Source: Deltaproteobacteria bacterium
GTDB taxonomy: Bacteria; Desulfobacterota; GWC2-55-46
Assembly: GCA_016234405.1 (NCBI GenBank)
Contig: JACRCC010000032.1
Location: 4,360-68,359, forward strand
Direction: 5' to 3'
Length of the DNA stretch: 64,000 bases
Shown here in pieces: positions 50,879 through 59,773 of this stretch. The translations under genes and the position numbers were made by a program. Position 1 is the first letter of the stretch. The number at the start of each line of letters is the position of its first letter. The notes under the pieces were generated by a model. The model saw only the letters and a program-made list of their open reading frames with translations, had not been told where the DNA came from and ran no database searches.

Positions 50879-51292
50879 CTATCTTCCCATAAAGAACCCT
50901 TTTGCCTTCGCGGCAAATTCCCGGATATCCGGAATCTTCTTTTTGACGGTTACGATGTTTTGCCAGTTCATTTTCAGATACTGATGTATCGTTTCATTCC
51001 TATGTTTCGTCAAGGGCGCAATCTTTAAAACGATTTCTCCAAGGATGTCGTGACAAGCCAATACCGTATCCTTATAGGTATCAGGGATTGAGAGACCTTT
51101 CTCCTTCAGACATTCTTCGGCAATGTCTACAATACATAGGATAGTGTCGTTCAGTGTTTTATCAAGTATATTTCTGCTGTCACGGTCCGCAAAATACCTG
51201 TCTCTGCCAATCTTTTCGATTTTAGGGGAGAAATATATGATTGTCTCTTCAAGAAATGCGATGAGCCTTTCTGCTTTGATTTCAGGCTTCAT
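50879..51292 (-). CDS. hepT: HepT-like (DUF86) RNase toxin, type VII toxin-antitoxin
   Basis: 'HRNETIHQYLKMNWQNI' matches the R-x4-HxY DUF86 motif. Confidence 0.7.
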   Translation of the reverse strand: MKPEIKAERLIAFLEETIIYFSPKIEKIGRDRYFADRDSRNILDKTLNDTILCIVDIAEECLKEKGLSIPDTYKDTVLACHDILGEIVLKIAPLTKHRNETIHQYLKMNWQNIVTVKKKIPDIREFAAKAKGFFMGR

Positions 51293-51677
51293 GCGCCGCC
51301 TCTCTCCTGAACCTTATACCTTCCGATTCATGCAAAACCCGGTCGCTCACGTCATATAATTTGTCTTTATCCGGTTCTATCAAAGGTATGCCTTTTAGCG
51401 CCTCCTGAACGACAAACGGCGATTCATCTTCGTCATCTAAAAAAAGTATCTCAATATCTCTGTCGCTGCTCATCAATATCCTGTCAATGGCCTCGATTCG
51501 AGCGTCATCGTCTTTACTGCTCAGGTAAACCGCAATGTCTATGTCGGAGCGCAAATGCGAGCCGCCTTTGGCGTAAGAACCGTATAGATAGGCCATCAGG
51601 AGCATCCCTTCTCCTTGCATCCCTTCCAAGACTTCTTTTATCTTTTGTATTTCCCTTTTATCAGAGATTATATTCAT
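51282..51677 (-). CDS. mntA: MntA-like nucleotidyltransferase antitoxin
   Basis: 'YGSYAKGGSHLRSDIDIAV' matches the GS-x10-DxD minimal nucleotidyltransferase motif. Overlaps the hepT start. An alternative start lies at 51701. Confidence 0.7.
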   Translation of the reverse strand: MNIISDKREIQKIKEVLEGMQGEGMLLMAYLYGSYAKGGSHLRSDIDIAVYLSSKDDDARIEAIDRILMSSDRDIEILFLDDEDESPFVVQEALKGIPLIEPDKDKLYDVSDRVLHESEGIRFRREAAHEA

Positions 51678-51785
51678 GAATGGAAAATAGCATATAGGCA
51701 TAAATATTACAAGCAGCGGCGTTTGACCGGTATTGATTATGGAACATTGCCGCGCTCACAATCACGGCGCAATCCCGCCCGCCCA

Positions 51786-51856
51786 CCCTTCAAAACAGCC
51801 TCTCTATCGCCTCTTTGACCGTCGTAACGCCGGCGAGTTTCATCCGGCCTGACGGC
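51786..51856. repeat. 71-bp direct-repeat copy 2, forming the intact 3' end of radA
   Basis: Identical to 50791-50861. Encodes the RadA C-terminus ...AGVTTVKEAIERLF. Confidence 0.85.
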
Positions 51857-53148
51857 TTCAACCCTTTTATATTGTCCTTTGGAAGGATGCACCTGATAAA
51901 ACCGAGTTTTTCCGCCTCCCTCACCCTCTGCTCCACGTGGCTTACCCCCCTCACCTCTCCGGCAAGGCCAACCTCTCCGAAGACGACCGTCTTGGCGTCA
52001 ACGGGTTTGTCCAAAAAATTAGACGCTAAGGAAGCCAAGACCCCCATGTCAACCGCTGGTTCTTCAAGCCTCATGCCGCCGGCGACCTTTATGAATATGT
52101 CGTGGTTGGCCAGGCTCAAACCCGCCTTTTTCTCGAGGACAGCGGCTATGAGCATCACCTTGTTGTAATCCACACCCGAGACCGTCCTTCGCGGAACGCC
52201 GAACAGCGTCGGGCAGACCAGCGATTGCACCTCGACGAGTATTGTGCGGCTCCCTTCCAGCGATGATACGACGGCTGAGCCGGAGGCCCCTTCCGGGCGC
52301 TCGGATAAAAACATCTCGGACGGGTTCGTAACCTCTTTAAGACCGCTGTCTTTCATCTCAAAGACGCCTATCTCCATCACTGAGCCGTAGCGGTTTTTCA
52401 CTGCGCGCAAAATCCTGAAGGCGTGCCCCCTCTCGCCCTCGAAATACAAAACCGTGTCCACCATGTGCTCGAGCACCTTTGGACCCGCGATGGCGCCTTC
52501 TTTGGTGACGTGCCCCACGAGAAAAAGCGGGGCGTCCGCGGTCTTTGCGCTCGTTATGAGCTGCATGGCGGATTCCCTCACCTGCCCGATGCTGCCCGGA
52601 GACGAGTCAAATTCCGAGGTATGGACGGTCTGTATGGAATCAATCACGACTACGCCTGGGTTGAACTCTTTTATTGACGAGAGTATGGCCTCAACCGAGG
52701 TCTCAGGATATACGAGTAGATTTTCCGAGCCTACGCCGAGTCTCTCGGCGCGAAGCCTAATCTGCCTGAGCGATTCCTCGCCCGTAACGTAGAGCACACG
52801 GCCTCCACCGGATGCAAACGCGCCCATGGCCTGCAAAAGGAGCGTGGATTTACCGATGCCCGGGTCTCCGCCGATTAAAACCGCGCTCCCGGCCACCATG
52901 CCTCCGCCGAGCACCCTGTCGAATTCGATCAAACCGGTCGAGACCCGCGCCGGGCCTGCGATTGAAATGCCCGATACCGGCATGGGACGAGCCGCGCCTT
53001 CGCGCGATACGGCCCTCCTCTTTTTATCGTCTATCACGCGCTCTTCGGCAAAGGTATTCCACCCGTTGCATTCGGCGCATCTGCCGAGCCATTTGTGCGA
53101 GGACGCGCCGCAGGACTGGCACAGATATATTGTCCGGGTCTTGGCCAT
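51790..53148 (-). CDS. radA: DNA repair protein RadA/Sms
   Basis: N-terminal Zn-finger 'CQSCGASSHKWLGRCAECNGW', Walker A 'GDPGIGKST', Lon-like C-terminal domain. Confidence 0.9.
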   Translation of the reverse strand: MAKTRTIYLCQSCGASSHKWLGRCAECNGWNTFAEERVIDDKKRRAVSREGAARPMPVSGISIAGPARVSTGLIEFDRVLGGGMVAGSAVLIGGDPGIGKSTLLLQAMGAFASGGGRVLYVTGEESLRQIRLRAERLGVGSENLLVYPETSVEAILSSIKEFNPGVVVIDSIQTVHTSEFDSSPGSIGQVRESAMQLITSAKTADAPLFLVGHVTKEGAIAGPKVLEHMVDTVLYFEGERGHAFRILRAVKNRYGSVMEIGVFEMKDSGLKEVTNPSEMFLSERPEGASGSAVVSSLEGSRTILVEVQSLVCPTLFGVPRRTVSGVDYNKVMLIAAVLEKKAGLSLANHDIFIKVAGGMRLEEPAVDMGVLASLASNFLDKPVDAKTVVFGEVGLAGEVRGVSHVEQRVREAEKLGFIRCILPKDNIKGLKPSGRMKLAGVTTVKEAIERLF

Positions 53149-53231
53149 CCGATGCTAAAACCCCCGTTAAAAACCGCTCTTTACGATTAAAATCCCCTTG
53201 CCATCCGTGCCGAAAAAACTTCTTATGTTTA

Positions 53232-53259
53232 TTGACAAAAAACCCGATTTTGTTATGAT
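53232..53259 (+). promoter_or_regulatory. Strong candidate sigma70 promoter TTGACA-N16-TATGAT upstream of the HEAT/HD-GYP operon
   Basis: Consensus hexamers read from the sequence. Confidence 0.45.
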
Positions 53260-53297
53260 GGGTTGAAACTCTCCTTATTTAAACTACAAAAACACAA

Positions 53298-54893
53298 ATG
53301 GCCCAAGAATTATCCGACCACACGAACATACTAATTGAACTGTGCAAGGCTGTCAAGATGCACAACTTCTACCCCGGAGGCCACCCCAACCTCGACACCT
53401 CGGTGGAGAGGTGTTTCAACCTCCTCAAAAAAAACCTCGACGAACTCGCCGAGATAAAATGGCGGGTTGAACCAAAGGGATTTTTTTTGGATAAAGCCCC
53501 GCTCGCCGCCGGCAACCACGACGCCGAGGCCCTTGCAAAAAAGGTCTTTTTCAGGCGAATAAAGGAGATAACGTTCACTCAGAGGGTCGCGGTAAAGGAC
53601 TTAAAGCAGTTCCTCTCGCTCCTCAGACTCGAGCCCGAAGAGGTGCAGAAAAAAGGCGGGGCCGAGGGCATACTCGCCGTCGAGAACGTATCCGGCATCC
53701 TCTTGAACGCCGTCAGATACGAAGACCTCGAAAAACTCAAAAAGCAGATAGAGGAGGCGCGCGAAAAAGAGGCGTTGGCGCAACCCGAAGACATGGAACC
53801 TGCGGCCGCTCCCGGAGAGGCCGCTGCGGAGGAGGAACAGCAGCCGGAGGAGAAGATTAAAGAAGAGGACGAGCCGCTCTCAACCCTGCTTGAAAAGATA
53901 AAAAACGAAAAGGATTTACTCAAATACAAAGACCTCTCCATTCGCATAAAAGAGAGGCTCGACGTCCTCCTCAACGAAAAGAAGCACGACGAGGCCGTGC
54001 CTTCGCTCCGCCTCTTTAATCTCCACACGGAACTTGCCCCCGGCTTTGCCATGGAGATTAGCGCGGTCGCGCTTGAGAATTTGACCTCATGCCTCAATGC
54101 TGATATGATTAGATACCTTGTCAACAGGGTCGGCCGGAAGGATGAGCCTCTTCGCAACGAGCTCCAACAGATAATCGTCAGGGGCGGCGCCGAGGCGGTC
54201 GAAATACTCCTTGACGCCGTAATCGAGGCCCCTGAGGCTTATGCCAGACGGCATCACTTCAACACGCTCGTGCACTACGGCCCGGCGATACGGACTAACG
54301 TCGAGAACCGGCTGACGGGAGAGTGGTACGTCATACGCCAGATGGTATCGCTCCTCGGCGAACTCGGAGACCCGGAGTCGCTGCCCGCGCTTGAAAAAGA
54401 GTATCACCACCCTGACGCGAGGGTTAAAAAAGAGGTGTTAAAAGGCATTGTTAAAATACCGGGGCCGCGAACAAACGCGATACTCTTACACGCGCTTGGG
54501 GAGACCGACGAGATGCTCGTAAAACAGGCCATACTCTCGGCAGGCCACCTTAAAGAAGCGTCGGCGATAGACTCGCTCGGCAAGATAGCCCTAAAAAGAG
54601 ACCCTTTTTCCGAGACCGCGGATACGGTGAAAGAGGCGATTAAGGCCCTCGGAACCATAGGCAGCGACAAGGCGGTGCCGATACTCACAAACATCCTCTT
54701 CAGAAAAGTTTGGCTCGGCAAAAAGTCAAACGAGGAAATCAGGACGCTCGCGGCCGTCTCTCTTGGCATGATAGGCACGAAAGAGGCCAATGAGGCGATA
54801 AAGAAAACCTCCTCCGACTCGTCGGGAGAGCTGTATACCGCGTGCAAGCGGATTCTTGATTCAATCAAGAAGGAAACGGACAAACGCGCATGA
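53298..54893 (+). CDS. HEAT/PBS-lyase repeat protein with an N-terminal domain paralogous to that of the adjacent HD-GYP protein
   Basis: N-terminal 'MHNFYPGGHPNLDTSVERCFNLL', an acidic linker, then C-terminal HEAT-like repeats ('LGELGDPESLPAL', 'ALGTIGSDKAVPIL'). Confidence 0.6.
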   Translation: MAQELSDHTNILIELCKAVKMHNFYPGGHPNLDTSVERCFNLLKKNLDELAEIKWRVEPKGFFLDKAPLAAGNHDAEALAKKVFFRRIKEITFTQRVAVKDLKQFLSLLRLEPEEVQKKGGAEGILAVENVSGILLNAVRYEDLEKLKKQIEEAREKEALAQPEDMEPAAAPGEAAAEEEQQPEEKIKEEDEPLSTLLEKIKNEKDLLKYKDLSIRIKERLDVLLNEKKHDEAVPSLRLFNLHTELAPGFAMEISAVALENLTSCLNADMIRYLVNRVGRKDEPLRNELQQIIVRGGAEAVEILLDAVIEAPEAYARRHHFNTLVHYGPAIRTNVENRLTGEWYVIRQMVSLLGELGDPESLPALEKEYHHPDARVKKEVLKGIVKIPGPRTNAILLHALGETDEMLVKQAILSAGHLKEASAIDSLGKIALKRDPFSETADTVKEAIKALGTIGSDKAVPILTNILFRKVWLGKKSNEEIRTLAAVSLGMIGTKEANEAIKKTSSDSSGELYTACKRILDSIKKETDKRA

Positions 54894-56233
54894 ACGATAT
54901 AGATACACGAGACCTTCTCCTCAAAAATCTGAACGGGGCGCTCAAGAGCAAAAAGCTCTATCCCCCCGGGCATCCGGCCGTAGCCGCGCCCGCTAAAAAA
55001 TCCTTCGAGCTCGTGTCCAACGCTTTGAAGACCTCCGCAAACGTCATGTTCGGCATCATGAACGGGGCGTTCGTCTTCGAGGGAGACGCGATACCGGACG
55101 GCGAAAAGTTATACCCCGACCTCATGTCCCACTTGACGGAAAAAAATATTGACGCCGTCATATTCGAAAAGGGCGTAACCGAAAAAGAACTTATAAACGT
55201 CGTTGACATCCTGTCGGGGACTGCCGCCGTAAAGGGTGAGGAGATTAAGAAGGAACTCGACGCAAAAGGCGTAACGCACATAACGCTCAAATCCATGCCA
55301 ATTGGAAAAAAGAATGCCCTCGAGGTTTACAACGGCGCGTTGGAGACCGTAAAAAACACGATGTCCGAGGTGCGCCTCGGCAAGATACCCAAGTCCGGAC
55401 CCGTAAAGGAAGTCATCTCGGAATTGACCGATGCGGTCTTCACCGACCAGAACGCAATGCTCGGCCTCACTATGATAAAAAACTACGACAACTACCTGTT
55501 CAACCACTCGGTGAACGTTTCGGTATTGGCCATCTCGCTTGGCCGCGCCCTCGGTCTTGAAAAAGAAGAACTCGACGCCGTGGGCGTAGGCGGCCTCCTC
55601 CACGACATCGGGAAGACGGGCGTTGCGGAAAACATCATCAGAAAACCCGGCGGTCTTTCTTCGGAGGAGTGGGATAAGATAAAGGAACACCCGCAGCTCG
55701 GCTCGAACATCACGAAGAGGATGGAAGGACTTCACGAAATAGTGGGCCACGTCGTATACGAACACCACATCAGGTACGACCATTCGGGGTATCCGCAAAC
55801 CACCGAAAAACTCCACCCCCTATCCCAGATAATCACCATCTGCGACGCCTACGACGCGCTCACGACGGTTCGCGTCTATCAGCAGCCCCACAACCCGGTG
55901 GAGGCCATAAAGGTCATGGTGAATTTTTCAGGCAGACACTTCAGCCCTGACATATTGAAGGCGTTCGTGAATATGCTCGGTCTTTATCCCGTAGGAACGA
56001 TGGTGCGCCTCTCGACCAACGCTATAGGCGTGGTTATCAGACTCAACCCTGAAAACGGAGAGAGGCCGGTCGTGAAGCTCATCTACGGCCCTGACGGCGC
56101 CAGCCTCCACGATTCACCGGAGGTGGACCTGAGCGCAAACGCGGACAAACATATCGTCTCAACCGTCAACCCGGTCGTAACAAACACGGACATAGGCGCG
56201 TTCTTCGAGAAGGAGTCGGCTGCTGCGGCTTAG
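54890..56233 (+). CDS. HD-GYP domain c-di-GMP phosphodiesterase with an N-terminal 'LYPPGHP' domain
   Basis: 'LLHDIGKTGV', 'HH..YDHSGYPQ' HD-GYP motifs. ATGA overlap with the upstream gene. Confidence 0.8.
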   Translation: MNDIDTRDLLLKNLNGALKSKKLYPPGHPAVAAPAKKSFELVSNALKTSANVMFGIMNGAFVFEGDAIPDGEKLYPDLMSHLTEKNIDAVIFEKGVTEKELINVVDILSGTAAVKGEEIKKELDAKGVTHITLKSMPIGKKNALEVYNGALETVKNTMSEVRLGKIPKSGPVKEVISELTDAVFTDQNAMLGLTMIKNYDNYLFNHSVNVSVLAISLGRALGLEKEELDAVGVGGLLHDIGKTGVAENIIRKPGGLSSEEWDKIKEHPQLGSNITKRMEGLHEIVGHVVYEHHIRYDHSGYPQTTEKLHPLSQIITICDAYDALTTVRVYQQPHNPVEAIKVMVNFSGRHFSPDILKAFVNMLGLYPVGTMVRLSTNAIGVVIRLNPENGERPVVKLIYGPDGASLHDSPEVDLSANADKHIVSTVNPVVTNTDIGAFFEKESAAAA

Positions 56234-56322
56234 CGGCACGCAGCGCAGACCCTGTAGCGCAGACCTTCAGGTCTGCGGTTATCAGGTCTGCGATTATCAG
56301 GTCTGCGATTATCAGCCCCGCC

Positions 56323-56889
56323 CTACCTATCCATCTCCCCCAACGCCTTTATCGAGATAGCCCGCATCTTAGGACTCCCCTTCGCGGCAAAGTGCATCAT
56401 CGCCTCCTCGACCCTCTTATCCCCGTATCTGCCCGCCACGTCAAGCGCCCTCTCGACCACGCCCTGGTCCGGACTCCGGAGCATCTGAGTAAGCGGGCCG
56501 AGAAGCCTTGCGTCCCTGTAATGCGAAAGCGACTCTATAACGACCCTCTGGACTATGGCGCTCGCGTCTTTGAGCATCTCAACGAGCGGGGCAACGGCGT
56601 TGGGGTCTCCTATGTTGCCGAGCACCCTCACGGCCGCGGCCCTCACGTCTTCGGACCGGTCTTTGGACGCCTTTACGAGGACATCGAGTATCCGAGCCCC
56701 CTTGAGGTCGGATAGCGCATAAACCGCGCGCACCTTGTCGAGCATCTCGCCGGTCTCCAACTTTTTCACGATGAAATCCAGCCTGTCGCGCGTCTCGAGC
56801 TTTTCGATGGCGGCCGCCGCAATCTTTCTTATCTCCGCGTCTTTGTCCTGAAGCGCGCCCAAAAGGGTCTCTTTACGTTTGTCTATCAT
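56323..56889 (-). CDS. HEAT repeat domain protein
   Basis: Repeated 'VR..A..ALG.IGDP.AV..L' units. Confidence 0.6.
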   Translation of the reverse strand: MIDKRKETLLGALQDKDAEIRKIAAAAIEKLETRDRLDFIVKKLETGEMLDKVRAVYALSDLKGARILDVLVKASKDRSEDVRAAAVRVLGNIGDPNAVAPLVEMLKDASAIVQRVVIESLSHYRDARLLGPLTQMLRSPDQGVVERALDVAGRYGDKRVEEAMMHFAAKGSPKMRAISIKALGEMDR

Positions 56890-56931
56890 AATTCGTAAGT
56901 CATACCAGATAATCGGTAAAATTTCAAGGGG

Positions 56932-58236
56932 TTATATACGGGTAAACTCGTTTGACCAAACCCTAAAGTCCTCAAGCGCCTTTTTAACCTGCGCCTCTCT
57001 CTTATCCTTTTTCCTGCCCGGTATATCCGGCAACAATCCCATATTCGCGTTCATCGGCGAAAAATTCCTATTTTGCCCGTTGCTGATGTGACGCATAAGC
57101 GCGCCCGTTATCGTTGATGCCGGGGGCGTCATGGCAGGAAACCCCTTAACCACACGGAGGGCGTTAATCCCCGCCAAAAGCCCGCTTGCCGCGGACTCGC
57201 AGTAGCCCTCGACGCCTGTGATTTGACCGGCAAAAAACACCCCTGCGTCTTTTCTCAACTGCTGGGTGGAAAACAAAAGCCGGGGGGAGTCAATGTAGCT
57301 GTTTCTGTGGAGTTTGCCCAAGCGCGCGAACTCGGCTGATTCGAGCGCAGGGATGAGCCTAAAAACTTTTTTTTGCTCTGGGAATTTCAGCCGCGTTTGG
57401 AATCCAACCATATTGTAGAGCGTGCCCTCCGTGTTCTCCCTGCGGAGCTGCAATGCCGCATACGGACGCCCTCCGGTCTTAGGGTCAATAAGTCCCACTG
57501 GCTTCATTGGCCCGAAAACAAGGGTCTTTGCGCCGCGCTCCGCCATAACCTCGATGGGCATGCACCCCTCGAAGATTTTAATATCCTCGAACTCGCGGCC
57601 ATTGACCTTATCGGCCTCCACGAGCGCGTTGTAGAAACGCTCGTATTCAACCGTATCGAGCGGGCAGTTTATGTAATCGTCCCCGCCCTTGCCGTAGCGC
57701 GAGGCGAAAAACGCCTTATCCATGTTTATGCCGTCCTTGTAGACTATCGGGGCAACGGCGTCGTAGAAATAAAGACCCTCTCGTCCGATGAAGACGCTTA
57801 CCGCTTGGGCGAAGGCGTCCGAGGTCAGCGGGCCGGTTGCTATTATAAGCGGTCTTGTCCCCGGAATTGCCGTTGCCTCTTCCCTTACGACCCGCGCTCC
57901 GGCATCGTCGAGGGCGGCCGTAATAAACTCCGAAAACGCCCCCCTGTCAACGGCAAGTGTTTTTCCGGCGGGCACGCGGGCGGTCTGCGCCGCCTTGAGC
58001 ACAAGCGAATCAAGAAGGCGCATCTCCTCTTTGAGCAGCCCGGCGGCGTTTTCAAGCGCATCGGACTTCAGGGAATTGCTGCACACAAGCTCGGCGAGCA
58101 TGGGGCTTGAATGGGCCGGAGAAAAACGCGCGGGCTTCTCCTCGATTATTACAGCCCTGCCGCCGCGCTTGTGTATCTGATACGCGGCCTCTGCCCCGGC
58201 CAACCCCCCTCCTATTATCGTTACCTCATTCGTCAT
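56932..58236 (-). CDS. trmFO: Methylenetetrahydrofolate--tRNA-(uracil54-C5)-methyltransferase TrmFO
   Basis: FAD-binding 'IIGGGLAGAEAA' and the TrmFO/Gid signature. The track ORF (to 58380) has a false 48-aa N-extension read through a family-B repeat. Confidence 0.85.
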   Translation of the reverse strand: MTNEVTIIGGGLAGAEAAYQIHKRGGRAVIIEEKPARFSPAHSSPMLAELVCSNSLKSDALENAAGLLKEEMRLLDSLVLKAAQTARVPAGKTLAVDRGAFSEFITAALDDAGARVVREEATAIPGTRPLIIATGPLTSDAFAQAVSVFIGREGLYFYDAVAPIVYKDGINMDKAFFASRYGKGGDDYINCPLDTVEYERFYNALVEADKVNGREFEDIKIFEGCMPIEVMAERGAKTLVFGPMKPVGLIDPKTGGRPYAALQLRRENTEGTLYNMVGFQTRLKFPEQKKVFRLIPALESAEFARLGKLHRNSYIDSPRLLFSTQQLRKDAGVFFAGQITGVEGYCESAASGLLAGINALRVVKGFPAMTPPASTITGALMRHISNGQNRNFSPMNANMGLLPDIPGRKKDKREAQVKKALEDFRVWSNEFTRI

Positions 58237-58353
58237 TGCGCTCTGCGCCTTGCCCAGCGCCACTTTTTTGTCACGAAGGTGAGTCGGTAGTTGATAAGCT
58301 TCGCGCCCAAAAGTGGCGCTGGGCTTGCCAATGGCCGGGATTTGTGGTAATTT

Positions 58354-58653
58354 TTGCGTATGGAGATGGCAAGGGCGCACCTCACTATAGAGGGTTTGGT
58401 GCAGGGGGTTTTTTTCAGGGCCAATACCGTCGAGACCGCGCAGTCCTTAAACGTTTGCGGCTGGGTCAAAAATAACCCGGACGGCAGCGTTGAGGCCGTG
58501 TTGGAGGGCGATAAAGACTCGGTTGAAAAGGTCATATCATGGTGCCAAACAGGCCCGCCAAAAGCCAGAGTGGACAGGGTCGCCGTGAAATGGGAAAAAT
58601 TCAAGGACGAATTCGACGGCTTCATGTCCCTCACAAGACACACGTCATACTGA
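58354..58653 (+). CDS. acyP: Acylphosphatase
   Basis: 'VQGVFFR' and 'GWVKNNPDGSVE' motifs. Confidence 0.8.
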   Translation: MRMEMARAHLTIEGLVQGVFFRANTVETAQSLNVCGWVKNNPDGSVEAVLEGDKDSVEKVISWCQTGPPKARVDRVAVKWEKFKDEFDGFMSLTRHTSY

Positions 58654-58669
58654 TTACCGGAACGTAGAT

Positions 58670-59320
58670 ATGAAATTGAGGACAACCTTAAAAAAGCTAT
58701 TAACCGCGTTTGCGCCCCTCATTATAGCGGCGTCATGCGCAAGCCCTCCGAAACTGCCCATGACGTCGGAGCTTAAACCCTCCCCGCCCGATGAAGACTT
58801 GCCGGGCTACAGCGCGGTTTCAGATGAAGGCGTCTATGACAACGCCGCGCTGAGGATAAGCGCGCGGCATCTCAAATCCAATGATGCCGTTTACGCCAAG
58901 GGGGAATCCGGATTCTTAACCGCCCTAATCGAGGGCGACTACGTGCTCATCCGCCTCAGCATAGAAAATAAAAGCAGCGCGGCCAAGGTAATCTTCAACC
59001 CCGCGTACGTCGCGCTTATGGACAACGCGGCCAACTACAAAAAACCGCTCGACTACACCGACCTCTACGACATCGTAAAAGAAAACGACGAAACGGGCGG
59101 CAAACTCACGGGCATAAAGGGCCGTATATTCGACCTTACGGCCACGGTTGCGCCCGGCGGCAAGACCTCGAAACTCCTGATATTCAAACCCTTCATCGAA
59201 GAAGCCTCAAGCGCGGAACTCGTGATTAAAAACATATACGTCGGCAAAGATACCGTCAACGTCAAGTTTCCTTTTAAGGTAAAGACCGTGGAGAAGAAAT
59301 ACACGGAAAAGAAGGATTAA
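58670..59320 (+). CDS. Putative lipoprotein / secreted hypothetical protein
   Basis: Signal peptide with 'IAASCA'. No recognisable family. Confidence 0.45.
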   Translation: MKLRTTLKKLLTAFAPLIIAASCASPPKLPMTSELKPSPPDEDLPGYSAVSDEGVYDNAALRISARHLKSNDAVYAKGESGFLTALIEGDYVLIRLSIENKSSAAKVIFNPAYVALMDNAANYKKPLDYTDLYDIVKENDETGGKLTGIKGRIFDLTATVAPGGKTSKLLIFKPFIEEASSAELVIKNIYVGKDTVNVKFPFKVKTVEKKYTEKKD

Positions 59321-59331
59321 GCGGCGTTAAG

Positions 59332-59475
59332 CAGTAGCTCAGGGCTTTAGCCCTGATAAACTCTCAGGCCTGAAGGCCTGAGCAGTAGCTCAGGGCTTTA
59401 GCCCTGATAAACTCTCAGGCCTGAAGGCCTGAGCTACTGCCCTGATAAACTCTCAGGCCTGAAGGCCTGAGCTAC
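59332..59475. repeat. Tandem array of about 2.7 copies of a roughly 52-bp family-A variant unit (cagtagctcagggctttagccctgataaactctcaggcctgaaggcctgag)
   Basis: Direct tandem copies with no unique spacers. Lies between convergent genes. Confidence 0.8.
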
Positions 59476-59520
59476 AGACCTGAGCTGCATGGCGGAGGCT
59501 GAGTTGCATAACGGAGTCTT

Positions 59521-59757
59521 TCAATCCGCAGCCTTCTTTACCGCGTCTTTTGTCTTCTCAATAGTCTTACCGGCTGTCTTTTTGACCTCTTGCGCCTTTT
59601 CCTGAACCGGCCTTTCGAGTTTTTCAAGCCGACGACCGACCCCCTCCGTGCCCCTGCCAAAGGCCGTCACATACTTTGCCCCGCCGAAATAAAGCAACAC
59701 GAGTATCGCCGCCGCGCCGATGCACATCCCTATAAAAAATTTCAACACGGTCTTCAT
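59521..59757 (-). CDS. Small membrane-anchored hypothetical protein (K/E-rich tail)
   Basis: Single N-terminal TM helix. Sits between repeat clusters. Weak call. Confidence 0.35.
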   Translation of the reverse strand: MKTVLKFFIGMCIGAAAILVLLYFGGAKYVTAFGRGTEGVGRRLEKLERPVQEKAQEVKKTAGKTIEKTKDAVKKAAD

Positions 59758-59773
59758 CTACCCCTCCCAAATT

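Larger units (their letters stand above)
50862..51785. mobile_element. 924-bp AT-rich insertion carrying hepT/mntA, bounded by 71-bp direct repeats of the radA 3' end
   Basis: Flanking perfect repeats, low GC relative to neighbours, and toxin-antitoxin cargo. No integrase gene is present. Confidence 0.5.

Noticed and set aside
59332-59500. Possible CRISPR array (regularly spaced repeats)
   Set aside because: The units are contiguous tandem copies with no unique spacers between them. No cas genes nearby. Belongs to intergenic repeat family A.
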